Of a stretch of DNA of 64,000 nucleotides, positions 10,366 through 18,748 are shown one piece after another. Origin of the DNA: Escherichia coli (lineage in GTDB: Bacteria; Pseudomonadota; Gammaproteobacteria; Enterobacterales; Enterobacteriaceae). The position numbers and the translations under genes are program-made. The DNA lies in assembly GCF_029227855.1 (NCBI RefSeq), contig NZ_CP074356.1; one strand, 5' to 3'. Within the stretch, counting starts at the first letter, position 1. Every line of letters starts with the position of its first letter. The notes below the pieces were generated by a model. That model saw only the letters and a list, made by a program, of their open reading frames with translations. It was not told the origin of the DNA and searched no databases.

Positions 10366-10929
10366 ATGATGTCATCTCGTTTGATTATTGCGCTGGTTAT
10401 CATGCTCTTAGCCCCGGGTGTGCAGGCGCACAATTTCGTCACTGGTAAAACGGTTACCCCTGTTTATATCCAGGAAGGCGGCGAGCTGCTTCTGAATAGC
10501 GAAGACGAAATTCACTACCAAAAGTGGAACAGCACACAGCTGGCGGGAAAAGTCCGCATTATTCAGTATATCGCCGGGCGTAAGTCGGCGAAGAAAAAGA
10601 ACTCACTGTTAATTAAAGCGGTTGAAGCGGCAAACTTTCCGCAGGATCGTTTTCAGCCCACCACCATTGTGAACACTGATGATGCCATCTTTGGTACCGG
10701 CTATTTTGTCGTTGGCAAAATCGAAAAAAATAAACGCCGCTATCCATGGGCGCAATTCGTTATTGACGGCAATGGACAGGGACGCGTTGCCTGGCACTTG
10801 CAGGAGCAGAGTTCAACCATTCTGGTGCTGAATAAAACCGGGCAAATTCAGTGGGCAAAGGACGGCAGCCTGACGCCGGAAGAGGTAGAACATGTCATTG
10901 CGCTGGCGCAGAAACTGATCAATGAATAA
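10366..10929 (+). CDS. Hypothetical exported (periplasmic) protein, 187 aa
   Basis: N-terminal signal peptide MMSSRLIIALVIMLLAPGVQA followed by hydrophilic mature domain; starts 8 nt after the previous stop. Confidence 0.6.
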   Translation: MMSSRLIIALVIMLLAPGVQAHNFVTGKTVTPVYIQEGGELLLNSEDEIHYQKWNSTQLAGKVRIIQYIAGRKSAKKKNSLLIKAVEAANFPQDRFQPTTIVNTDDAIFGTGYFVVGKIEKNKRRYPWAQFVIDGNGQGRVAWHLQEQSSTILVLNKTGQIQWAKDGSLTPEEVEHVIALAQKLINE

Positions 10930-10959
10930 AAAATTCAAAGGATTGAGGGCGTTAGTGAG

Positions 10960-12030
10960 ATGAAGCTGGTTGAACACTACATCATGCGTGGTACGCGCCG
11001 TCTGGTGCTGATTATCGTCGGTTTTCTGATCTTTATTTTCGCCAGCTACTCCGCACAGCGTTATCTGACCGAAGCGGCAAATGGGACATTAGCTCTTGAT
11101 GTTGTGCTGGATATTGTTTTCTACAAGGTGCTGATTGCACTGGAGATGTTGTTACCTGTTGGACTGTATGTGTCAGTTGGCGTGACGCTAGGGCAGATGT
11201 ATACCGACTCGGAAATTACCGCTATTTCTGCGGCGGGGGGCAGTCCGGGACGCTTGTACAAAGCCGTTCTTTATCTGGCGATACCGCTAAGTATTTTTGT
11301 CACCCTTCTGTCGATGTATGGTCGTCCGTGGGCTTATGCGCAGATTTATCAACTGGAGCAACAGTCACAGTCGGAGCTGGATGTTCGCCAGTTGCGGGCA
11401 AAGAAATTTAACACTAACGATAACGGACGAATGATCCTTTCGCAGACGGTTGATCAGGATAATAATCGCCTGACTGACGCGCTGATTTATACTTCTACTG
11501 CCAATCGAACCCGCATTTTCCGCGCCCGTTCGGTTGATGTGGTTGACCCATCACCTGAGAAACCGACCGTTATGTTGCATAACGGGACCGCCTATCTTCT
11601 CGATCATCAGGGGCGTGACGACAACGAACAGATCTACCGTAATCTGCAATTACATCTGAATCCGCTGGATCAAAGCCCTAACGTCAAACGCAAAGCAAAA
11701 TCGGTCACGGAGCTGGCGCGCTCCGCCTTTCCTGCCGATCATGCCGAACTGCAATGGCGACAAAGCCGTGGCCTGACAGCGTTGTTGATGGCGCTGCTGG
11801 CCATTTCATTAAGTCGGGTAAAACCGCGGCAAGGGCGATTTTCAACGTTATTGCCACTGACGTTGCTGTTTGTTGCCATTTTTTATGGCGGCGACGTCTG
11901 CCGTACGCTGGTGGCTAACGGCGCGATTCCCCTCATTCCTGGTTTGTGGTTAGTACCCGGACTCATGCTAATGGGCCTGCTGATGCTGGTCGCACGCGAC
12001 TTCTCTTTGCTGCAGAAATTTTCCCGATGA
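10960..12030 (+). CDS. LptF-like permease (YjgP/YjgQ family), 356 aa
   Basis: N-terminus MKLVEHYIMRGTRRLVLIIVGFLIFIF typical of LptF/LptG; hydrophobic N- and C-terminal segments flanking a large hydrophilic loop; ~360 aa; RBS upstream. Confidence 0.75.
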   Translation: MKLVEHYIMRGTRRLVLIIVGFLIFIFASYSAQRYLTEAANGTLALDVVLDIVFYKVLIALEMLLPVGLYVSVGVTLGQMYTDSEITAISAAGGSPGRLYKAVLYLAIPLSIFVTLLSMYGRPWAYAQIYQLEQQSQSELDVRQLRAKKFNTNDNGRMILSQTVDQDNNRLTDALIYTSTANRTRIFRARSVDVVDPSPEKPTVMLHNGTAYLLDHQGRDDNEQIYRNLQLHLNPLDQSPNVKRKAKSVTELARSAFPADHAELQWRQSRGLTALLMALLAISLSRVKPRQGRFSTLLPLTLLFVAIFYGGDVCRTLVANGAIPLIPGLWLVPGLMLMGLLMLVARDFSLLQKFSR

Positions 12031-13106
12031 ATGTTTTCAGTCGCTATTTAATCCGTCATCTCTTTCTCGGTTTTGCCGCCGCCGCAGGGCTATTGCTGCC
12101 GCTTTTTACTACCTTCAACCTGATTAACGAACTGGATGATGTCAGCCCGGGCGGTTATCGCTGGACTCAGGCGGTGCTGGTGGTGCTGATGACCTTACCG
12201 CGTACACTGGTCGAACTTTCGCCGTTTATCGCCTTATTGGGAGGGATTGTTGGCCTGGGGCAGTTATCGAAAAACAGTGAGCTTACCGCCATTCGCAGCA
12301 CTGGGTTTTCTATCTTCCGTATTGCACTGGTGGCGCTGGTTGCCGGGATATTGTGGACTGTTTCGTTAGGCGCGATAGATGAGTGGGTGGCGTCGCCATT
12401 GCAGCAACAGGCGCTGCAAATCAAATCGACTGCCACCGCGTTGGGGGAGGACGATGACATTACCGGCAATATGCTTTGGGCCAGGCGCGGTAATGAATTT
12501 GTGACGGTGAAATCGCTGAACGAGCAGGGCCAGCCTGTGGGCGTGGAGATATTTCATTATCGCGACGATCTCTCGCTCGAATCCTACATTTTTGCACGCA
12601 GTGCCTCCATTGAAGACGACAAAACATGGATCCTGCATGGTGTGAATCATAAAAAATGGTTGAATGGCAAAGAAACGCTGGAAACATCAGATAATCTTGC
12701 CTGGCAATCGGCCTTCACCAGTATGAATCTTGAAGAGTTATCGATGCCGGGAAATACTTTTTCTGTCCGTCAACTTAATCATTACATCCATTATTTGCAG
12801 GAAACTGGGCAACCCAGCAGCGAATACCGCCTTGCACTGTGGGAAAAACTGGGACAACCCATCCTGACCCTGGCGATGATTTTGCTGGCTGTGCCGTTTA
12901 CCTTTAGTGCCCCGCGTTCGCCAGGGATGGGTAGCCGTCTCGCTGTAGGCGTCATCGTTGGCTTACTCACCTGGATCAGCTATCAAATCATGGTCAATCT
13001 GGGGTTGCTATTTGCGTTGAGCGCACCTGTTACCGCGCTCGGTTTACCGGTAGCGTTTGTGCTGGTGGCGTTGAGCCTGGTGTATTGGTATGACAGACAA
13101 CATTAA
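12027..13106 (+). CDS. LptG-like permease (YjgP/YjgQ family), 359 aa
   Basis: Track ORF trimmed to ATG overlapping upstream stop (ATGA); MNVFSRYLIRHLFLGFAAAAGLLLPLF typical LptF/G N-terminus; same topology pattern as partner. Confidence 0.75.
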   Translation: MNVFSRYLIRHLFLGFAAAAGLLLPLFTTFNLINELDDVSPGGYRWTQAVLVVLMTLPRTLVELSPFIALLGGIVGLGQLSKNSELTAIRSTGFSIFRIALVALVAGILWTVSLGAIDEWVASPLQQQALQIKSTATALGEDDDITGNMLWARRGNEFVTVKSLNEQGQPVGVEIFHYRDDLSLESYIFARSASIEDDKTWILHGVNHKKWLNGKETLETSDNLAWQSAFTSMNLEELSMPGNTFSVRQLNHYIHYLQETGQPSSEYRLALWEKLGQPILTLAMILLAVPFTFSAPRSPGMGSRLAVGVIVGLLTWISYQIMVNLGLLFALSAPVTALGLPVAFVLVALSLVYWYDRQH

Positions 13107-13107
13107 A

Positions 13108-13136
13108 CCCGCCGTGGCGCAGCGCCACAGCGGGCT
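13108..13136. terminator. Palindromic stem-loop between convergent operons (probable bidirectional terminator)
   Basis: cccgccgtggcgc a gcgccacagcggg inverted repeat in the 34-bp gap between the LptG-like stop and the alpha-oxoamine synthase stop. Confidence 0.45.
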
Positions 13137-13140
13137 CACA

Positions 13141-14313
13141 TTACTGCTTCAGAGTAGCGAACGCTTGAATGATGGCATCAATTTGCTCACGACTGTGGGC
13201 AGCGTTTACGCTACAGCGCAGCAGCGTGATGCCTGCAGGCGCGGCAGGTGGCAGGATAAGATTCACATAAACGCCCAGCGAAATAAGCTCGCGCCAGATG
13301 CGTAAACCGTCCTCTTTCGAACCGATTATTACTGGCACTACCGGGCTAATATGTGAACTTAACTCGTAACCCAGTTTTTGCAGACCGTCATACAGATGGT
13401 TGGCGTTATCCATCAGCTTTTGCCGCAGCTCTGGTTGTGAGGCAATGGTTCTTAACGACGAGCGCACGGTCGCAATGCAGGACGGAGAAGGAGAGGCGGT
13501 AAAAATATACGGGCGGCTGCCGTAGCGCAGCACTTCCATCGCTTCCGAACCGACAGCAAAACCGCCAATCGAGGCCAGACTTTTACTGAAAGTACCAACG
13601 ATAATATCCACATCATCTTCAACGCCAACGGCTTCAGCCAGTCCGCGCCCCGTTGCGCCTAACACGCCAAACGAATGCGCTTCATCGACAATCAAATAAC
13701 CACCGAGACGACGTTTGATATCAACAATTTCCGCCAGCGGCGCAACGTCACCGAGCATACTGTAGATGCCTTCAACGATGATAATCGCCTCTTTTGCCCG
13801 TTCACCGAGGCGAACCATGCGCCGTTCCAGATCTTTAGCATCGTTATGGCGGAAACGAATAATTTCCGCGCCACCGAGAGAACAGGCGTCATAAATACTG
13901 GCGTGGCTGTCGGCATCCAGTAACACCACGGCGTTATGGTCGGCAAGTGCGCTGATGACGCCTAAATTAGCGGTATAACCGGTTGAAAAAACGATAGCGG
14001 TAGGGCGATTAAAAAACTCGGCGATCTCTTTCTCTAACGCCAGATGCGGCGCATAACTGCCGTTTGCCATACGAGAACCGGTGGTGCCGGTGCCTTGGGC
14101 CGCTAACGCTGCCTGACCTTCGGCGATGGCATCATGATTAAAGGTTAAACCGAGATAATTATTGGTCCCGGCCAGAATCACTTTTTTATTGCCGATCCGA
14201 CCTTCGGTGGCGGAATACACTTCATCAATACAGGTGCCAAACGGTGTTAACCCGTTGTCACTAAATTGCAGTCGCTCGCCAGCAAGGCGCGCATATTTAT
14301 CGTATAGCCCCAT
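13141..14313 (-). CDS. PLP-dependent alpha-oxoamine synthase, serine palmitoyltransferase-like (390 aa)
   Basis: Class-II aminotransferase fold signature with Schiff-base lysine in GTFSKSLASIGGF (the TFSKS variant is typical of SPT rather than BioF/KBL); Gly-rich loop TGTTGSRMANGS; start overlaps ACP stop (TAATG). Confidence 0.85.
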   Translation of the reverse strand: MGLYDKYARLAGERLQFSDNGLTPFGTCIDEVYSATEGRIGNKKVILAGTNNYLGLTFNHDAIAEGQAALAAQGTGTTGSRMANGSYAPHLALEKEIAEFFNRPTAIVFSTGYTANLGVISALADHNAVVLLDADSHASIYDACSLGGAEIIRFRHNDAKDLERRMVRLGERAKEAIIIVEGIYSMLGDVAPLAEIVDIKRRLGGYLIVDEAHSFGVLGATGRGLAEAVGVEDDVDIIVGTFSKSLASIGGFAVGSEAMEVLRYGSRPYIFTASPSPSCIATVRSSLRTIASQPELRQKLMDNANHLYDGLQKLGYELSSHISPVVPVIIGSKEDGLRIWRELISLGVYVNLILPPAAPAGITLLRCSVNAAHSREQIDAIIQAFATLKQ

Positions 14314-14561
14314 TATTTATTCTCCAGCCATGGAAGTAGTGTTTCCATTAATTGCGCAGGGGTTTTGACATCCAGCAGAATATTAATAGGAATGGAAATA
14401 TCGAATCTGTCTTCCAGCATCATTAAGAGATCCATCACTTTGATCGACTCCAGGCCAAGATCGTTGACGAGATCGCTGTCGGGCTTAATTTCCACACCGT
14501 TTTCGACCAAATCCTGTAAACAGGAAAGGATGTAATCCATTACTATTTCACGATTTACCAT
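14313..14561 (-). CDS. Acyl carrier protein (82 aa)
   Basis: Small acidic protein with phosphopantetheine-attachment motif DLGLESIKVMDL; located between reductase and alpha-oxoamine synthase. Confidence 0.8.
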   Translation of the reverse strand: MVNREIVMDYILSCLQDLVENGVEIKPDSDLVNDLGLESIKVMDLLMMLEDRFDISIPINILLDVKTPAQLMETLLPWLENK

Positions 14562-14592
14562 AGAAACGTTAACACACCTTTAAACAAGACAA

Positions 14593-15507
14593 TCAAAATA
14601 GCCCGTTGCGTAATGCGTGTTCCAGGCTAATCCCGGGAAACCAATTAATATCTTCAGAAATACGGTTATTACTTGCCGACCAGTCGGCGTGGGTTAATTC
14701 ACGAATTTTCGAGCGGGTCAGCATAGGTTCTTTACCTGCCAGGCGACTCAACGCGGTACTGATATCCGCAAGGCAGGTGAGTACCGGCAGAGGAATACCA
14801 ACCATTCGCACGGAACCACAACGGGCGTCGGCGGCAAGCTGTCGTACGTGTTGCCAGTCATAGCCGCCGGGGACGCCATCGCATAATTCATAGGTTTGCG
14901 TCTGTACAGTTTCGGCGCTTAACCACTGCCCCACGGCTTGCGCAAAATCGGTGATGTGCAGGAAAGAGAGTTGTGTATCTGGCGCACCAAGTCGTGGCAG
15001 CAGGCCGCGCAGCATCCAGTCAAACAGCGGTTTTAACTCTTTATCGCCGGGACCATACACGGCTGTCGGGCGAAAAACGCCCAGCGTAATTTCATCAGCC
15101 ATTGCAGTCAGCCGTTGTTCGGCGACGTGTTTGGAATTTGCGTACCAGGAGAGTTCGGGATGGCGCGCCGCCAGCGAAGAGATAAACAGAAAACGTTGGC
15201 AAAAGCCGCTCTCTTTTGCCGCTTGCATCAGTCGCAGGCTGCCGTCAACGTTACAGCGGGTAAAAATCTCTTCTTTGTGCCCGCGCACTTGCCCGGCGCA
15301 ATGGACCACCGCGCTGGCTCCGGCAACCAGTTCGCTAAGTGAATGAGTATCTTCCAGAGAACCGCGCACCCAGGTGAGATTATCATTGACGTGAGCGCGG
15401 GCAGTACGCGTCAATGCGCGAACGTGAAAGCCGCGGGCGAGCAGGTTATCGATAATATATTTACCGATAAACCCGGTAGCGCCCGTCACCGCGACAGTTT
15501 GATTCAT
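14593..15507 (-). CDS. NAD(P)-dependent epimerase/dehydratase-family (extended SDR) reductase, 304 aa
   Basis: N-terminal Rossmann motif VTGATGFIG; catalytic YANSK (YxxxK); start overlaps upstream stop (ATGA). Confidence 0.8.
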   Translation of the reverse strand: MNQTVAVTGATGFIGKYIIDNLLARGFHVRALTRTARAHVNDNLTWVRGSLEDTHSLSELVAGASAVVHCAGQVRGHKEEIFTRCNVDGSLRLMQAAKESGFCQRFLFISSLAARHPELSWYANSKHVAEQRLTAMADEITLGVFRPTAVYGPGDKELKPLFDWMLRGLLPRLGAPDTQLSFLHITDFAQAVGQWLSAETVQTQTYELCDGVPGGYDWQHVRQLAADARCGSVRMVGIPLPVLTCLADISTALSRLAGKEPMLTRSKIRELTHADWSASNNRISEDINWFPGISLEHALRNGLF

Positions 15508-17228
15508 GCCAGGGATTCCTGCACATGAAGGCTTGCAGCATAAGCCTTCTGATAACGTTTTTTCGCTTCCGCACGGGCAGGCTTGCCGGAGGACGTTCGG
15601 GGAATACTGTGGGGCGGCAACAGATCGATAGCCGCGGTCACGCCAAATTCGCTTTGGATCCGTGCTGCCAGCGCGTGGATAAGCTGCCCGCGACGTTCTT
15701 CATCGCTGATCCGACACTGGATCTGCAAAATGATTTTTTCCTGGGCGGTAACAAAAGCAATCGCATCGCCAGAATGAATTTCCGGTTCCTGTTCCGCAAT
15801 ATATTCAATATCCTGCGGCCAGATATTACGGCCACGAATAATAATCAGATCTTTAATGCGTCCGGTGACATACAGATAACCGTCCAGCAGATAACCGAGG
15901 TCGCCGGTGTCTAACCAGCCCGTCGCGGCAATCTCGTCTTGTGAAATCTGGTCGCCAAAGTAACCGCTCATCAGGCTAGGGCCGGAGATGCAAATATGGC
16001 CTACCACACGTTCCGCGACAGGTATACCTGCTTCATTGCGGATTTCAATGCCATGTTCCGGCAACGCTTTACCGCAGTTGACGAAAGTCGATACGGCGCG
16101 TGTTTCAGCATCCGGCGCGACGGCTTTGCCCTGATATTCGAGGATGTCGCGATCCACTTCGTTAACCACAACCCCGGAAGCTTCATCAGAGAAGCTGACA
16201 GCCAGCGCATTTTCTGCCAGTCCGTAGCACGGCATGAAAGTTTTATCGTCAAAGTTGACCTGACGGAAACATTCAGCGAATTGATGGAGTTGTTCTGCGG
16301 AGATGGGTTCTGCACCAATACCAGCGACGCGCCAGCAGGAAAGATCCAGTTCAGCGAGATCTTTTTCATTCACGCGGCGCTGGCACAATTCATAGCCAAA
16401 CGGCGGCGCAACGGAAACGGTGCCGCGATTTTTACTGATCAATTTAAGCCATTGCAGAGGACGCATGGCAAAATCCTGAGTGCGCAAATAATCTACTGAA
16501 AGCTGCGTGGCGACGGGGGTCAGGAGAAAGCCGACCAGTCCCATATCATGGTAGAAAGGCAGCCAGGAGACGCAGCGGTCGCCAGGGCGTAATTTAATGC
16601 CATCGTGGCTTATAGCACGTAGATTAGCCATCACTTCGCGATGGGTGATAATGACGCCACGGGGAAAACGGGTGCTGCCGGAGGTGTACTGGAGGTAGGC
16701 GATATCGTTCGGAACTGGATGCTGGAGTGCAACATCGGCTTCCGGTAATGCCTTAAACCAGGCGTGGCTTAAAACATGTAATTCGGGGTTGTTGTTATGC
16801 GTCGCGGCATTGACCAGCGGTAACCACTCATCACCAGTGATAATGGCTGCGGGCTGGCAACTTGTCAGTAAACCCTGCAGTTTGGCGCTCCAGGAATCCC
16901 GCTGACCGACGCCCATTGGAATCGCCAACGGGACGGCGACTAAGCCGGCATACTGGCAGGAAAAAAAAGCCTCTACGAACCCGCTACTGGTTTCGGCAAT
17001 CAGCGCCACGCGATCGCCTTTTTTCAGGTTCAGCGATAACAACCGCTTCGCACCAGCTTCGGCACGCGCTTTTAACGTCTGATATTCCAGTTGATCTTCA
17101 AGTTGGCAACGTCTGTCATAAAAATTCATTCCGGCGCTACTCAGAGCGGCGTAGTCCAAAGCATCAACCAGCGTTGGAAAATCGGCATAGCGCATAGGTA
17201 GGGAATGCGTAAAGATTTTATTAGACAT
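15504..17228 (-). CDS. Fatty acyl-AMP ligase / acyl-ACP synthetase-like adenylating enzyme (~574 aa; track ORF extends to TTG at 17255)
   Basis: AMP-binding core YTSGSTRFPRGV; WLPFYHDMGLVG motif and overall length resemble FAAL-type enzymes; first gene of the minus-strand operon. Start chosen at first ATG (MSNKIFTHSL). Confidence 0.8.
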   Translation of the reverse strand: MSNKIFTHSLPMRYADFPTLVDALDYAALSSAGMNFYDRRCQLEDQLEYQTLKARAEAGAKRLLSLNLKKGDRVALIAETSSGFVEAFFSCQYAGLVAVPLAIPMGVGQRDSWSAKLQGLLTSCQPAAIITGDEWLPLVNAATHNNNPELHVLSHAWFKALPEADVALQHPVPNDIAYLQYTSGSTRFPRGVIITHREVMANLRAISHDGIKLRPGDRCVSWLPFYHDMGLVGFLLTPVATQLSVDYLRTQDFAMRPLQWLKLISKNRGTVSVAPPFGYELCQRRVNEKDLAELDLSCWRVAGIGAEPISAEQLHQFAECFRQVNFDDKTFMPCYGLAENALAVSFSDEASGVVVNEVDRDILEYQGKAVAPDAETRAVSTFVNCGKALPEHGIEIRNEAGIPVAERVVGHICISGPSLMSGYFGDQISQDEIAATGWLDTGDLGYLLDGYLYVTGRIKDLIIIRGRNIWPQDIEYIAEQEPEIHSGDAIAFVTAQEKIILQIQCRISDEERRGQLIHALAARIQSEFGVTAAIDLLPPHSIPRTSSGKPARAEAKKRYQKAYAASLHVQESLA

Positions 17229-17599
17229 ATACACCACGAAAAAATTGGATATCAAAAATAAAATGACAATAATGCGGTGGATTATATAGGCATAAAAGAT
17301 AAATGAGATAATATTTTCATCAGTGTGAAAATGAACATTGATTTAAATAATGAGTTTGAGTTTTTTTGTTTTTATTGTGAATGATATTTAATTTATGAAT
17401 GTATTAAGAAGAAGCCTTGTCCGGTCGCCTTAAATCGACAAAAGGCATTGTGGCGCTTCTGTGTAGTCTCTGACCTTATCGTAATCATTAATAAATACTA
17501 TTTATTCGTCGTTTGTATTCATTGGGTTGATTATTAAGGTGCCGTTCGTTGCTGTTGCAACCTGTTTTTCACCGTTAATTATTTGTTACCCACAGAACT
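17229..17599. promoter_or_regulatory. AT-rich divergent control region between lipid operon (-) and yghO (+)
   Basis: ~370 bp strongly AT-rich non-coding DNA with A/T tracts; no ORF with coding character; expected site of promoters for both flanking units. Confidence 0.35.
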
Positions 17600-18742
17600 A
17601 TGGAATGCGATCTGCTGATGATTAAAATTGAAAAAGTAATTAATAAAAATGACCTTAAGGCATTTATCGCTTTTCCGTCATCACTTTATCCCGACGATCC
17701 AAACTGGATACCCCCTTTATTCATTGAACGCAACGAGCATTTGTCTGCGAAAAATCCGGGGACGGACCATATCATCTGGCAGGCGTGGGTGGCAAAAAAA
17801 GCGGGGCAGATAGTTGGGCGTATTACCGCGCAAATAGATACCTTGCACCGCGAGCGTTACGGTGAAGATACCGGTCATTTCGGCATGATTGACGCCATTG
17901 ATGATCCGCAGGTTTTTGCCGCGTTGTTTGGCGCAGCGGAAGCGTGGTTGAAGTCACAAGGTGCAAGTAAGATCAGCGGTCCTTTCAGCCTGAATATCAA
18001 TCAGGAAAGCGGATTACTGATTGAAGGTTTCGATACACCACCCTGTGCGATGATGCCGCACGGTAAACCGTGGTATGCCGCGCATATTGAACAATTGGGT
18101 TATCACAAAGGCATTGATTTACTAGCGTGGTGGATGCAGCGAACCGATCTCACTTTCTCTCCGGCGCTAAAAAAACTGATGGATCAGGTGCGTAAGAAGG
18201 TGACCATTCGCTGCATCAATCGCCAGCGGTTTGCCGAAGAGATGCAGATCCTGCGTGAGATTTTCAACTCTGGCTGGCAGCACAACTGGGGATTTGTGCC
18301 GTTTACCGAACATGAATTCGCGACTATGGGCGATCAACTTAAATATCTGGTGCCGGACGATATGATCTACATCGCTGAGATTGATTCTGCACCCTGCGCG
18401 TTTATTGTTGGCTTGCCAAACATCAACGAGGCGATTGCCGATCTGAACGGATCGCTCTTTCCCTTCGGCTGGGCAAAATTGCTGTGGCGTTTAAAAGTCA
18501 GCGGTGTGCGAACTGCGCGAGTACCGCTGATGGGCGTGCGGGACGAGTATCAGTTTAGCCGCATCGGCCCGGTGATTGCGCTGTTATTGATTGAAGCCTT
18601 ACGCGATCCGTTTGCCCGCCGGAAGATCGATGCGCTGGAGATGTCATGGATCCTCGAAACCAATACAGGCATGAATAACATGCTGGAACGCATTGGGGCG
18701 GAGCCGTACAAGCGTTACCGATTGTATGAAAAGCAGATTTGA
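17600..18742 (+). CDS. yghO: YghO-family protein, intact (380 aa); possible acyl-CoA N-acyltransferase-like fold
   Basis: Uninterrupted ORF, soluble; position matches yghO next to glcC. Fold assignment is tentative. Confidence 0.7.
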   Translation: MECDLLMIKIEKVINKNDLKAFIAFPSSLYPDDPNWIPPLFIERNEHLSAKNPGTDHIIWQAWVAKKAGQIVGRITAQIDTLHRERYGEDTGHFGMIDAIDDPQVFAALFGAAEAWLKSQGASKISGPFSLNINQESGLLIEGFDTPPCAMMPHGKPWYAAHIEQLGYHKGIDLLAWWMQRTDLTFSPALKKLMDQVRKKVTIRCINRQRFAEEMQILREIFNSGWQHNWGFVPFTEHEFATMGDQLKYLVPDDMIYIAEIDSAPCAFIVGLPNINEAIADLNGSLFPFGWAKLLWRLKVSGVRTARVPLMGVRDEYQFSRIGPVIALLLIEALRDPFARRKIDALEMSWILETNTGMNNMLERIGAEPYKRYRLYEKQI

Positions 18743-18748
18743 TGGCAG

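Noticed and set aside
15996-16499. 167-aa plus-strand ORF inside the FAAL-like gene
   Set aside because: Antisense shadow ORF; the FAAL frame has the strong AMP-binding motifs.
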